Source: a virus | Taxonomy: Duplodnaviria > Caudoviricetes | Length of the DNA stretch: 37,005 nucleotides | Virus record (IMG/VR): IMGVR_UViG_3300033487_000316 | Location: 1-37,005 of that record | Reading direction: 5' to 3' (one strand) | Shown here: positions 18,816-27,748 of the stretch, one piece after another | How positions within the stretch are numbered: the stretch's first letter is position 1 | Layout of the letters: every line of letters starts with the position of its first letter | The notes under the pieces: model-generated | The model's input: the letters and a program-made list of their open reading frames with translations, nothing else | Told to the model about the DNA's origin: nothing | Databases searched by the model: none | Position numbers and translations under genes: made by a program

Positions 18816-19217
18816 TTACCTAGACTCCACCTTCGTTATCAAGCGTCTGCATTTTTGGCACGTCACGTCATGTATCTCGTCTGGGTATCCTCGCCATCCT
18901 GCCGAGCGTCTACCTGGCGCGGAGCCGCACAATGCTTTTAGGCTTCTATCTGATTCTGGTACTGCGTGCCAGAGAGTGCCGGAATCTCGCTCTTCTCCAT
19001 TCGCGCAGCGACCAGATAAGTACATCGCGCGAATTGTTCCACGCTCGGGCGTTTCGATGTACCGCCCAACAGGCCGGGTATCAAAATTGACCATTTCTAT
19101 GGACTTGCAATAGCGGCATTCGTGGAGACGATAGTGATTAAGGTTCCACGTGGACCTATACACATACCATCCCCGCTTATGGCAGACCGGGCACGCTTCA
19201 TAGGAGATTGCTGTCAT
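18816..19217 (-). CDS. Zn-ribbon-containing hypothetical protein
   Basis: CPVC...CRYC and ALCG...VTCQKC motifs; tightly packed operon. Confidence 0.7.
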   Translation of the reverse strand: MTAISYEACPVCHKRGWYVYRSTWNLNHYRLHECRYCKSIEMVNFDTRPVGRYIETPERGTIRAMYLSGRCANGEERDSGTLWHAVPESDRSLKALCGSAPGRRSAGWRGYPDEIHDVTCQKCRRLITKVESR

Positions 19218-19419
19218 TTGATTTCATCGTGGGGGTAGTAGTTTTTAGAGTTTCATTATAGACGCTGAGCAATACGAGATTTGTTGCTCGCGGCTCGATG
19301 ACGATCTGACCATCAACAACCGCAACCCGCAATTGACCATTACGGATAGATACGGACATGATCTTATCGTTGATAACAAAGTCCACAACGTCACGGTTTT
19401 TAACGGTAATCTCTGCCAT
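19198..19419 (-). CDS. Hypothetical protein (73 aa)
   Basis: GGAG RBS, operon packing. Confidence 0.6.
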   Translation of the reverse strand: MAEITVKNRDVVDFVINDKIMSVSIRNGQLRVAVVDGQIVIEPRATNLVLLSVYNETLKTTTPTMKSNDSNLL

Positions 19420-19423
19420 GATT

Positions 19424-19717
19424 CTACTCTCCGCCGACTGCGATCAGACTGACACGCGCTTCAATCCGGCGTAGGGCCTCAGCCCTCACGCGGAAGTCGT
19501 AACCGTAAACGGCATAGTCGCGCAATAGAGACAGATCACACGTGTCCCAATCTGGCGGGGCCGGCTCTTGGCGGGTTGCGCCATCGGTGAAGCTGGCCGC
19601 ATACCGCACCCCATCACTGATCTTGCCCCCGGTGACCACGCGCGCGCCGATCCGCGCGAAGATCTCGCGCAGTGTCCCGGCCTCATCTCGGACAGATAGT
19701 CGTAGATTGTCACTCAT
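19424..19717 (-). CDS. Hypothetical protein
   Basis: Start reassigned to 19717 (GGGGAG RBS, ATGA overlap). Confidence 0.6.
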   Translation of the reverse strand: MSDNLRLSVRDEAGTLREIFARIGARVVTGGKISDGVRYAASFTDGATRQEPAPPDWDTCDLSLLRDYAVYGYDFRVRAEALRRIEARVSLIAVGGE

Positions 19718-20046
19718 GATGTTCTCCCCATCTTCTTGAGAAGTCTCTGGTAGTCTGCCTCGGGCATCAACAGCCGATCGCACGAGATGACAACCCATCT
19801 GCGCTTCCAATACTCAGTAGACCGATCGTTAACAACCGAGATGTGTCGGCCTGAGAGATGACCCGTAAATAGACGCAGACCACGATAGATAAAGTCAGTC
19901 GGGTAGTACACGGTCCACGCTGCAGACAGCAGAGTAGTCCGAATACCATTCGAGAAGTAGTCCAGATTGACCTTAGTCGTTTCCGGCTTGCGATAGCTGC
20001 CGGCCCAGTGGTAGGCTGAGACCTTAGAAAAGATAAAATCAGCCAT
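19714..20046 (-). CDS. Hypothetical protein (110 aa)
   Basis: Abuts its neighbours in the operon. Confidence 0.6.
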   Translation of the reverse strand: MADFIFSKVSAYHWAGSYRKPETTKVNLDYFSNGIRTTLLSAAWTVYYPTDFIYRGLRLFTGHLSGRHISVVNDRSTEYWKRRWVVISCDRLLMPEADYQRLLKKMGRTS

Positions 20047-20047
20047 A

Positions 20048-20248
20048 TCACACCAGATCGATATGGTCGATCATTGCGCCTTCATCCCCGATCGAATCTA
20101 CATCGGGATACGAGGCGACTACTTCCTCGGTCATGGCTACTACGATCCCGTCTTGGCGGGTGAAGAAGACTACATACACCCCCCCGCCGGAATCTAAGTA
20201 GTTTCCACCAAACATCTCTGCCAGTTGACGCGCCTTTTCTTCGCTCAT
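20048..20248 (-). CDS. Hypothetical protein (66 aa)
   Basis: AGGGGA RBS, protein-like composition. Confidence 0.65.
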   Translation of the reverse strand: MSEEKARQLAEMFGGNYLDSGGGVYVVFFTRQDGIVVAMTEEVVASYPDVDSIGDEGAMIDHIDLV

Positions 20249-20334
20249 CGTATGTCCCCTACTTTCCTGATACTGACTTATCGTTGATTTCGTCGATCGT
20301 CAATTCGCCTCTAACCATCTTGGACAAGAAGCGC

Positions 20335-20904
20335 TCACCGTCGGTGCATACCACGTAAGTAATACTCTTTCTCCAATTCGCCGCCGGGATCTTCCTTCTC
20401 AATTGGTAGGTCCTGCTCCCGGCGTGTATCAAGTTCCAGAAGGGCCTCTTCGATCTCAGCGTCTTCCAGAGGATTGCTATACTCGTCCGGCGCAGGCGGC
20501 ACGGGGCGGCTCATACCGTTGGGATATTCGATAAAGAACTCATCCTCTTGTGGCTCTTCCGTCCAGTAGCCGAGCAAACCGTTAGGGCGAGAGCAACCCT
20601 CGTGAAGGTCCCCGGGGGCATACCCCAGACTAAGACGAGTGCGAGCGTTGCAGGCTACACAGATCACGATACGCGGTTGAGCACGCTTGACGATACGCGG
20701 CCAGTCCTGTTGTTTCTCTGCGTTTTCGATGGCGACGTGAGTCGCCCTCAGTAAGGCAAGACCGTGCATCGTATCCCCACGGCCAACACTCAGTAGTGGG
20801 ATTTCATTCATGACCTCTTTCCAGCGCTTGAGGACTTCAAGCAACTCGTTCTCGGGCGGCTCTGGTACGGACAGATCGGGGTCTGGTCGTTCGTCGTGGT
20901 ACAT
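20335..20904 (-). CDS. Acidic hypothetical protein with CxxC motif
   Basis: Start reassigned to 20904 (AGGAG RBS, 2 nt after the upstream stop). Confidence 0.65.
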   Translation of the reverse strand: MYHDERPDPDLSVPEPPENELLEVLKRWKEVMNEIPLLSVGRGDTMHGLALLRATHVAIENAEKQQDWPRIVKRAQPRIVICVACNARTRLSLGYAPGDLHEGCSRPNGLLGYWTEEPQEDEFFIEYPNGMSRPVPPAPDEYSNPLEDAEIEEALLELDTRREQDLPIEKEDPGGELEKEYYLRGMHRR

Positions 20905-20906
20905 GG

Positions 20907-21173
20907 TTATTCTCCTGTCAGCTTGGGATGAAGGTTGTTCTCGCGCAGAATCTGGCACACGGCCACATAGCCGGCGCTGTCTTCCAGTGGCATTGTCCAC
21001 GAGGCGGGCATCCCGTTAATCATCAGAGTGATGGTCCGCCAATCAGAAACCAGCGCATCCAACCATGCGCGCTGAGCATCCTCTAACGGGATGAGTAGCG
21101 TAGAGACAAGGGTGCCCGGAATGGCGTTGATTTGCGCTTTCTTGGCTTCAACCATTTCGTCAAAGGGAGTCAT
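20907..21173 (-). CDS. Hypothetical protein (88 aa)
   Basis: GAGG RBS, operon packing. Confidence 0.65.
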   Translation of the reverse strand: MTPFDEMVEAKKAQINAIPGTLVSTLLIPLEDAQRAWLDALVSDWRTITLMINGMPASWTMPLEDSAGYVAVCQILRENNLHPKLTGE

Positions 21174-21176
21174 CTG

Positions 21177-21782
21177 TTACGCCTCTACCATCTCGTCCAT
21201 ATTCGCCAGAACCATCACGCGCTTATCCAGCGTCTCGACCCAGTACAGCTCGTCACACTCTGGCCGGACAGAGACTAGGACTTCCTCGCCGGCTTTGATG
21301 ATCACGTCCTCATCTGGCGACGTGACATCACTCAACATACGGTAGCACAGGACACAAGGATTATCGTCTTGCGCTTGAGGTGTCCCATTGGGGAAGAGCG
21401 GAAGCCCAATCTCGTTGACCCATTCAAACTCATCGTCGCTGAGACCAAGATCGACCCCGATGAAATTTAGGCAATCGTCGATCGACTTGAAGTCGTCACG
21501 GATAAACGCGCCGTCTTTATACAGCGCGATTTTTCCGTCTTTGATGGTGTAGCAGATCTTGGGCAGGGGGATCGTCTTTTTCTCGATAGCCGGCGTGTGT
21601 GTGCCGAGTCTGACGATCGTGCCGCGCGCCTCGTTAAACGCATCCAGATCAAAGCGAGACCCGCATGAGCACTCGAACGAGGTGTACTCGGTCCCGTCTT
21701 CCGCCTTGCGGATATAGGGGGTCACTTCTTCGCAACTGTAATTGTGATTTTTCAACCACTCCATAAGAGTCATGTCAGACAT
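21177..21782 (-). CDS. Acidic hypothetical protein, first gene of the leftward accessory operon
   Basis: Start reassigned to 21782 (GGAGG RBS, downstream of promoter). Confidence 0.7.
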   Translation of the reverse strand: MSDMTLMEWLKNHNYSCEEVTPYIRKAEDGTEYTSFECSCGSRFDLDAFNEARGTIVRLGTHTPAIEKKTIPLPKICYTIKDGKIALYKDGAFIRDDFKSIDDCLNFIGVDLGLSDDEFEWVNEIGLPLFPNGTPQAQDDNPCVLCYRMLSDVTSPDEDVIIKAGEEVLVSVRPECDELYWVETLDKRVMVLANMDEMVEA

Positions 21783-21799
21783 TGGAAACCTCCGTGAAT

Positions 21800-21859
21800 T
21801 TGTACACCCATTGTACACCCCGAGTGACTAATTGCAACATCGAGTTTCCTTAAATTTTT
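21800..21859 (-). promoter_or_regulatory. Promoter AAAAATTTAAGG-N10-TTGCAA-N16-TACAAT with tandem GGGTGTACAA repeat over -10/+1
   Basis: Shared upstream 12-mer; direct repeat at 21800-21820. Confidence 0.7.
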
Positions 21860-21881
21860 TGCACGAGAATATGTCAACGCA

Positions 21882-21911
21882 AAGCAGCGGCACAGTTCTG
21901 TGCCGCTGCTT
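21882..21911. terminator. Hairpin terminating the lysis/membrane operon
   Basis: AAGCAGCGGCACAG-TT-CTGTGCCGCTGCTT perfect inverted repeat. Confidence 0.7.
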
Positions 21912-21940
21912 GATTGACCCTCTAACCATTCGAGATTGTT

Positions 21941-22186
21941 CTATCCGTTGCGCCACCAGATACAGCCGATGCGCCAGGCTTCCCGCAGACTATACCCGCA
22001 GATGTAGGACCAACAGAACTCTCGCAGTCCGCTCATGAAATTACTCTGATGGTGATCGGACCGAAGCGATGTATGGAAGAACAACCAGCGGATAGGCACC
22101 AGGCCAATCGGCCAGAAGCGCTGATTGAAACGCCAGGCCAGACGCTGCCGGAAATTCTTTTTATTTTCTGCCGGCTGTTCACTCAT
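21941..22186 (-). CDS. Hypothetical Trp/Arg-rich protein
   Basis: ORF in operon context. Confidence 0.5.
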   Translation of the reverse strand: MSEQPAENKKNFRQRLAWRFNQRFWPIGLVPIRWLFFHTSLRSDHHQSNFMSGLREFCWSYICGYSLREAWRIGCIWWRNG

Positions 22187-22197
22187 GGCTTGCCTGG

Positions 22198-22419
22198 TTA
22201 CGGAGTGAAACGGTGAGTAGATTCATCGGTCTGTGGCCGGTGGGCATACTTATCGATATGCTTGATCTTGATCGTAAACTCATCGTCCCCGCAGTCGATC
22301 TCGATCCCGAGCACACGCACACTGTTAATCTCTGTGGCGCGATCGTCGAGGGCCTGCTTGATCGCAGAGACCCGATCGCGCGCCAGAAGCATCGTTCGCT
22401 TAGCTGTTGGCTGACTCAC
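22198..22419 (-). CDS. Hypothetical protein (73 aa)
   Basis: GTG start abutting the upstream stop. Confidence 0.55.
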   Translation of the reverse strand: MSQPTAKRTMLLARDRVSAIKQALDDRATEINSVRVLGIEIDCGDDEFTIKIKHIDKYAHRPQTDESTHRFTP

Positions 22420-22420
22420 G

Positions 22421-22558
22421 CTAGATCATCCGTAACCCAATGAGCACCAGCATCCCGCCGATAACGATCATGATCCCACAAACAATCTTGGCACTCCTGA
22501 TGTAGCGCTGCCGGCGCAGCCGCCGGCCTTCACGCTCCCACATATTCGCGTCGGCCAT
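22421..22558 (-). CDS. Small single-TM membrane protein (45 aa)
   Basis: GAGG RBS before MADANMW...; basic patch followed by a hydrophobic C-terminus. Confidence 0.6.
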   Translation of the reverse strand: MADANMWEREGRRLRRQRYIRSAKIVCGIMIVIGGMLVLIGLRMI

Positions 22559-22593
22559 ATTATCCTCGATGCGGTAGAGGTCTTGTTGCTCGC

Positions 22594-22725
22594 TCAAATG
22601 ACAAGGGACAAAACCAATAGCGCTGCTCCAACCCAGCCAAGATCGACTTGGCCGGTGTTGACGCCGAGCGCCTTCACCACGAAACAAATGAATGTCAGAA
22701 CATAGAGAACCACATCAACGCTCAT
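22594..22725 (-). CDS. Small two-TM membrane protein (43 aa)
   Basis: AAGGAGG RBS before MSVDVVLYV... Confidence 0.65.
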   Translation of the reverse strand: MSVDVVLYVLTFICFVVKALGVNTGQVDLGWVGAALLVLSLVI

Positions 22726-22821
22726 GTTACCCTTACCTCCTTCCTTTTTGGATAGACAGCACACTTCTTGGTGAGTTGGCGGCACAGGTCGCGCACGTGC
22801 CGCCGCATCGCCTCAACTTCT

Positions 22822-23427
22822 TCATTTCTGAGTTGCCCCCTGAAAGGGTGTATTCCCGTTCAGGTTGACATTACGCAGCGCATCCGTTAATTGAGAGGCC
22901 GAGATCAGAATGTCTGCGCCGCGCTCGGCGGTCGGCCAATAGGGATCGTTGTAGTAATATAGATCGGGACCATAGCCGGTGATCAGTATCCAGTGGGAAG
23001 ACTGGTAAGTGGGATCAAACTTGATGGGCAGAGAAGGATAATGCACCAGGGCAATCACTGGCCGGGCGATGTCGATCTCATACTCGACGAGCGGTAAGAT
23101 CAGCGTCCCGAATTGATGAACCAGATCAAGGCCGAAGGCATTCGCGGCCTTATCTAGATCGGCGAAGACAGTGTACGGATAGTTGGGCGGCTTGCCTGTG
23201 GCGCGGCTCACATCATCCACGCTGACCGAGGTTTTCCCGCGATAGTGCAGCCAACCGGTCACCACGGCCGCGCCGCAATCCGAACGGGTATAGTCGTCGT
23301 CCGAACGGGTTGTATTCTGTCCGACCCAGGGGACAGCCAGCCGGTGATCAGCGGGCCGTTCGGGAGCCGGCACAAACTGAATTGTGCCGTCAGGAAGTTC
23401 CACCTTGCGATACAGAATCTCAGTCAT
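22822..23427 (-). CDS. C39-like papain-fold cysteine peptidase
   Basis: LAVPWVGQ...DCGAA (catalytic Cys), PVIALV, HWILITGY (His), YYNDP (Asp). Confidence 0.85.
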   Translation of the reverse strand: MTEILYRKVELPDGTIQFVPAPERPADHRLAVPWVGQNTTRSDDDYTRSDCGAAVVTGWLHYRGKTSVSVDDVSRATGKPPNYPYTVFADLDKAANAFGLDLVHQFGTLILPLVEYEIDIARPVIALVHYPSLPIKFDPTYQSSHWILITGYGPDLYYYNDPYWPTAERGADILISASQLTDALRNVNLNGNTPFQGATQK

Positions 23428-23809
23428 GACACACCGTCGCTTTCGTTAGACCGCGTTGGGGCAGGGCACCCCAGCGCCGCGCTGTATAGTAATCGATCTC
23501 GCCGAGAATGTGATTGCGGTCCATCCACTGGCGGGCGGTCTGGCTGCCGGCGCAATCAAAGACCATCAGTCTGGCATATCGACCGCGCCAATACACATGC
23601 CGAATCTTCCCGATGTTCGAGCAGTCGCGCTCGGCGATGTATCCGTCTACCGCTTGCCAGCCGGCCGGCAGAGTGTAGGCTGTCCTGCCGGTAATCGTCC
23701 GGTTGATCAATACCTGGTCGGTCGGTCGCCGATCGTACTGCGAGAGCGTCCCGGTTGTGCAGGTCGTCGATCCCAGCACAACCAGGGCCGCCAATAGATG
23801 AAGGAGCAT
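23420..23809 (-). CDS. Secreted protein, possible RlpA/expansin-like double-psi beta-barrel
   Basis: TAATG overlap start at 23809, N-terminal signal peptide, GYIA..DC..IG...LMVFDC...EID pattern. Confidence 0.6.
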   Translation of the reverse strand: MLLHLLAALVVLGSTTCTTGTLSQYDRRPTDQVLINRTITGRTAYTLPAGWQAVDGYIAERDCSNIGKIRHVYWRGRYARLMVFDCAGSQTARQWMDRNHILGEIDYYTARRWGALPQRGLTKATVCHD

Positions 23810-25920
23810 TAGGCCGGCGAGAAGGTCGCCGTCACGATCGTCCCCTCCGGGTACCCATCGGTGGGCTGGGGGGGATTCAGGGTCACCACGCCAGAGCCTG
23901 GCGGAGAGACATTCACCGTCAGGAAAAACCGACTGACGGGCGGAGCGATCAACGTCCAATTCGCTTCGAGCGTATGATTGGCGTTCATCACGATCTGGCG
24001 GGGATTGCTCCCATCGCTCGCGCCGCCGTCCAAGTGCGAATGTTCAAACCGATACGTGACGGGAGGTGCCACAATCCCCGCGGCAATCCCTGCGGCAATC
24101 TCGGACACGACCCCACTGCGCACGATCGTTTGCCGCGTCGTGTTATCAGATGTCGTGCTGCTGCTGATGATGTAGAGATACGCACGAGTGACCGTGGGGT
24201 AATGGGCCATGATGTAGTTCATCCAGTCCACATACTGCAGCCCCTTCTCACGGTCGGGATCGGTTGGCTGATTGTTGGCGAACTCCGTGATAAAGATCGG
24301 CTTGCTCGCCGAACTCATTGGCAGCAGTGGAATGAAATTAAGCCCCTGCTCCTGGGTCAACATCGTAGATCGATTGGGCCAGTACACATGAGCGCCGATC
24401 GCATCGACGGCATCGAAGACCCCATGTTGGCCCATGTCGATCCACCACTGGGGGGTATTGGGCTGCGGACTCAGACCGGGACTGATCAACTTGATCCCGG
24501 CATGGTTGGCGCGCAGGATCGGAATGACCTGCAAGACCCAATCGATAAAGTCATGAGCGTCATCCGAGTAAGGCCACTCGGCGGCATTGCCATACGCTGC
24601 GCCTAAGTTTGGTTCATTGTGGATCTCGAACCAGACCACGCCGGCGGCCATCGCCTCTTGAATCGCCAGCCGCTGCTCATCGCAGAATTGGGCCGGCGTC
24701 GGCTTAGTGCGCCCTCTGAAATCGACGAACAGTCGCGTGATACAGTTTGCCGGCGGTAGCCCCAATGCGGCGACCTGCGCGTAATGGGCGGGCGGATCGC
24801 CAGTCAAAAACTTGTACCCGTTAAACTTCTGGGCCGCTGTTATCCCGGCAGTATCGCCGGTCAGCATCGGGCCAGGTGCAGCAGTTGCGTGAACTCCAAA
24901 AATAAAAGCCATGTCTCCCCCTTGTGCTGGTGTTGGATGGGTCACGATATACTCAGTCAGTAGTGGCACAGCCTCAGACAGATCGCTCTCGCCCGTACCA
25001 TGATGATACAGCGCTGCGCCCAGGGCATAACGATCCTTCATGATCTCGGTGTCATAGTCGGCGACAACGGAGATGTACGATTCCATTTCGTACCCGGTAT
25101 CGTAGCCGGCGCCCGGTCCAGCCTCGGTGATCGCCAGCAGCGGGCGGGCGTCGGGCGGCAGTGCCGCGTAGAGCTGGCGATAGCGCAGACAGAGCGGACT
25201 CCCCAGCATCGGACCATCCAGAGAATACTCATGCAGCTCCAGAATATGACCGTGCTCGACCGCGTATCGCATCATCGGCGTGTAGATGTCGATGTACACT
25301 CCGGCTGCCGTACCGAAGAAATCCGTAGCGATGGCGCTGAAATAGGTGTTGGTCTCGACTACCTCCCGGTGGTACATTTGGAGTGCGCGCAACTGTCTGT
25401 AACGGTAGCTCTCCATTGGGGTATTGACGGCCCACTGCGGCACACCAGACAATACCCCGTTCACCCAGGTCAGCAGCTGAGCGCTATCGGCAACATTGAT
25501 GGGTGGCATCCCCGTGCTCCAACCGCCAATTGCCAACTTGATCCCCAGCTCGTCGGCGCGTTGCATCGCGCCCAGATAGAAATTGCACAGCCAGGTCAGC
25601 CCGAATACATCACTGCGGCCAGGCTCATTGATGATCGAATAGTAATCCGCCTCGTTCTGAATGAGAATGGGATAGAGCGTATCCACCCAGGCGCGGCCGG
25701 CAGCGATCGGATCGCCGCTGTACATATTGCCATTATCCGGCCCGAAGATCTGGGTCCTGAAAATGAACAGCGTTGATGGACTCCGCTCGTCGATCGTCGA
25801 GCGCAAATTGATGTCAAGTCCATAGAGGAAGGGCAGTGGCTGGTCAGCCGCAGCCGGAGCGCTCAGCAACTCACTCAGTCCGCTGGGGTGCAGCCCGCAA
25901 TGGGTAACCAGTTTACTCAT
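23809..25920 (-). CDS. Tandem clan GH-A glycoside hydrolase (two TIM-barrel domains) with C-terminal beta-rich B-repeat-like module; candidate endolysin/envelope hydrolase
   Basis: Domain 1: SIINEP...LHEY...LAITEAG; domain 2: FEIHNEPNL...DAIGAHVYW...PIFITEF; C-terminal FLTVNVSPPGSGVV..YPEGTIVT. Confidence 0.8.
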   Translation of the reverse strand: MSKLVTHCGLHPSGLSELLSAPAAADQPLPFLYGLDINLRSTIDERSPSTLFIFRTQIFGPDNGNMYSGDPIAAGRAWVDTLYPILIQNEADYYSIINEPGRSDVFGLTWLCNFYLGAMQRADELGIKLAIGGWSTGMPPINVADSAQLLTWVNGVLSGVPQWAVNTPMESYRYRQLRALQMYHREVVETNTYFSAIATDFFGTAAGVYIDIYTPMMRYAVEHGHILELHEYSLDGPMLGSPLCLRYRQLYAALPPDARPLLAITEAGPGAGYDTGYEMESYISVVADYDTEIMKDRYALGAALYHHGTGESDLSEAVPLLTEYIVTHPTPAQGGDMAFIFGVHATAAPGPMLTGDTAGITAAQKFNGYKFLTGDPPAHYAQVAALGLPPANCITRLFVDFRGRTKPTPAQFCDEQRLAIQEAMAAGVVWFEIHNEPNLGAAYGNAAEWPYSDDAHDFIDWVLQVIPILRANHAGIKLISPGLSPQPNTPQWWIDMGQHGVFDAVDAIGAHVYWPNRSTMLTQEQGLNFIPLLPMSSASKPIFITEFANNQPTDPDREKGLQYVDWMNYIMAHYPTVTRAYLYIISSSTTSDNTTRQTIVRSGVVSEIAAGIAAGIVAPPVTYRFEHSHLDGGASDGSNPRQIVMNANHTLEANWTLIAPPVSRFFLTVNVSPPGSGVVTLNPPQPTDGYPEGTIVTATFSPA

Positions 25921-26168
25921 GTGCTTTTGCCCGATCTACCTGAGAGGATATGCCGCGCCGCCTGCTCAATCCGGGCGGCAATCTCTTCACGCCGATAGTT
26001 TTGTATAATCCAGAGCTTAACGGCATGGGGGTCGTCCGCCCCGTTGGAAATCTCAGACTCCAAGGACTTGACCACCTCGGGGACATTGGCGGATAACCAC
26101 TCGTAACTTTCCGCATCGAGTGCGCGCTGTAGATCGGGGAAAACTAAGCGGGAGATCTTCTTAGCCAT
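25917..26168 (-). CDS. Hypothetical protein (83 aa)
   Basis: AGGAGG RBS, ATGA overlap with the next gene. Confidence 0.75.
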   Translation of the reverse strand: MAKKISRLVFPDLQRALDAESYEWLSANVPEVVKSLESEISNGADDPHAVKLWIIQNYRREEIAARIEQAARHILSGRSGKST

Positions 26169-26185
26169 GTAACCCTCCTGTCGGC

Positions 26186-26644
26186 TTAGGCTGGCATATC
26201 AGGTTTCGAGAGCGGTCCGGTGGGTGCTGGTGACCACAATGGTTTTGCGTTGAGATGAAAGAGTTGATTGGTGAGAATATAAATCCCGTTCAGATAAATG
26301 GTATTCTTCCTCTCGGCGGTAATGGCGCGTTCCTCGGACATATGGGCGCGTTCCTCGGCCAGCACGGCGCGTTCCTCGGCGATTGCGCGCGCCGCGCATT
26401 CCTCGGTTAGTTCTTTCTCAATCACATCGAGCCGATCGGAGAGAGACTTGATCTGTGAATTAGCCAGCCCCATGACCTTCTCTGCGATTTGTGTCTTGAG
26501 GCTATCGGTCTCGACTTTCTTATGAGCCTCTTCGGCCTTATCGAGTGCCGGCTTATTCCGATTCAAGTAGATCTGATACGCAATTCCACACAGCGCAATG
26601 ACGATTGAGGGCGTTGCGATCAAAAGGGATTCCAGTACATTCAT
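26186..26644 (-). CDS. N-terminal TM + coiled-coil membrane protein
   Basis: Start reassigned to 26644 (ATGA overlap); TM helix followed by heptad/AEERA repeats. Confidence 0.7.
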   Translation of the reverse strand: MNVLESLLIATPSIVIALCGIAYQIYLNRNKPALDKAEEAHKKVETDSLKTQIAEKVMGLANSQIKSLSDRLDVIEKELTEECAARAIAEERAVLAEERAHMSEERAITAERKNTIYLNGIYILTNQLFHLNAKPLWSPAPTGPLSKPDMPA

Positions 26645-26940
26645 GGAGTTTTTCGCTGCCGCTGCATATAGCTCATGACTAACCCGCAGACAATCCACAT
26701 CAAGAGATCGACCACGGTCCGCGCCGCGCTGAATGTTGTAGCATCCGCTATGGACATCGGGACAAAGCTGACCAGAATGTAGAATAACAACACGGTTACG
26801 GCGGCGACGATCGGCGGCGTGTAAAACAGGGGATAGGGCGACCGGCGCATAACCATTAGCCAGACGGTGATCGAGATCAGGCAGAGCGCAATGGCAATGA
26901 TCTGAAAGAGATCGTCCTGTACGATATTGCCAATCGTCAT
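26641..26940 (-). CDS. Three-TM membrane protein
   Basis: Start 26940 with AAGGAG RBS; three hydrophobic segments. Confidence 0.7.
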   Translation of the reverse strand: MTIGNIVQDDLFQIIAIALCLISITVWLMVMRRSPYPLFYTPPIVAAVTVLLFYILVSFVPMSIADATTFSAARTVVDLLMWIVCGLVMSYMQRQRKTP

Positions 26941-27179
26941 CGTATCCACTCCTTGACGGCCGGCGTTGGGCGGGGGGTTGGCTCCGATGTCGGCGTTGGA
27001 CGAGGGGTGGGCATCGGTGTTGGCGTCGGACAGGTCCCGCACATGATCAGCGGCAGGTAGCGATACTGTAATGTACTAATCGGCGAAGTATCTGGGCGAA
27101 TGGTCACACCCTGGGTTGGCAGAGTCGCAATAGCCAAGAACACACAGAGCGCTATTCCGAGGAAAATCAATTGACGCAT
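26937..27179 (-). CDS. Small exported protein with YLPLI motif and PT-repeat tail
   Basis: Start 27179 (GGAG RBS), signal peptide, YRYLPLIM followed by PTPTPMPTPRPTP. Confidence 0.7.
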   Translation of the reverse strand: MRQLIFLGIALCVFLAIATLPTQGVTIRPDTSPISTLQYRYLPLIMCGTCPTPTPMPTPRPTPTSEPTPRPTPAVKEWIR

Positions 27180-27200
27180 GGCGCCTGCTCCATCTATACA

Positions 27201-27231
27201 TGCAGGGGACGGTGGGGACTCGTCCCCTGCA
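27201..27231. other. Intergenic hairpin after the holin-like gene
   Basis: TGCAGGGGACG-9 nt-CGTCCCCTGCA; no clear U-tract. Confidence 0.5.
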
Positions 27232-27252
27232 CGGCAATATGAATCCGCGACT

Positions 27253-27528
27253 CTACTTAGCGGCGGGCGGAGTCGTCGGCTTCTTGCTGGTGATGTCGTA
27301 CAGGCCGGCCGCAGCCAGGCCCAACACGATACCGTCAAACGCGATCTGGAAGACCCCCGGGGGGACCAGGGCATAAGCGACGGCCGAGAGAATACCGATC
27401 GCCATAGCCGCTAGGGTCAGCCACTTTCCCGACAGGCCGAACTCCTTGACGAAGTTGACCAGCCCCAGGATGGCCGGCAGCAAAGAGACAATCAGAACAA
27501 AGTTCACTTCTGGTGATGTAGCGGACAT
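27253..27528 (-). CDS. Holin-like protein
   Basis: 91 aa, three TM segments, GIVLGLAAAGLYD motif and basic C-terminus; AGGAG RBS. Confidence 0.75.
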   Translation of the reverse strand: MSATSPEVNFVLIVSLLPAILGLVNFVKEFGLSGKWLTLAAMAIGILSAVAYALVPPGVFQIAFDGIVLGLAAAGLYDITSKKPTTPPAAK

Positions 27529-27539
27529 GAGTATAGCTC

Positions 27540-27665
27540 CTATGGAATGATAGTATAGTTACGTCCGCTGAGTAGACTTCCCAGCCCCATCAGCGGTCTC
27601 ACGACAACCACATAGATGACGCGGGCCAAGACCAGTATCATAAATCCTAAGAGGTGTCTCAGCAT
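27540..27665 (-). CDS. Small hydrophobic protein (41 aa)
   Basis: First ATG after the promoter at 27693-27722; weak RBS. Confidence 0.4.
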   Translation of the reverse strand: MLRHLLGFMILVLARVIYVVVVRPLMGLGSLLSGRNYTIIP

Positions 27666-27692
27666 GGATCGTCTTTCTAGTGGGCTACTGCT

Positions 27693-27722
27693 AGTGTACA
27701 ACAGATAGGGAGCAATAGTCAA
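27693..27722 (-). promoter_or_regulatory. Leftward promoter TTGACT-N18-TACACT (lysis/membrane operon)
   Basis: Exact match to the repeated architecture; divergent from 27771-27800. Confidence 0.7.
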
Positions 27723-27748
27723 ACGCCGGATTGCCATAACGGATAGCG

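Noticed and set aside
20308-21929. Repeated CCTCTAACCAT at ~20308 and ~21919 as possible attC cores
   Set aside because: No paired arms or partner GTT core nearby; an 11-mer match alone is insufficient
23755-25776. Long plus-strand ORFs (283 aa, 258 aa)
   Set aside because: Antisense shadows of the GH gene in GC-rich sequence
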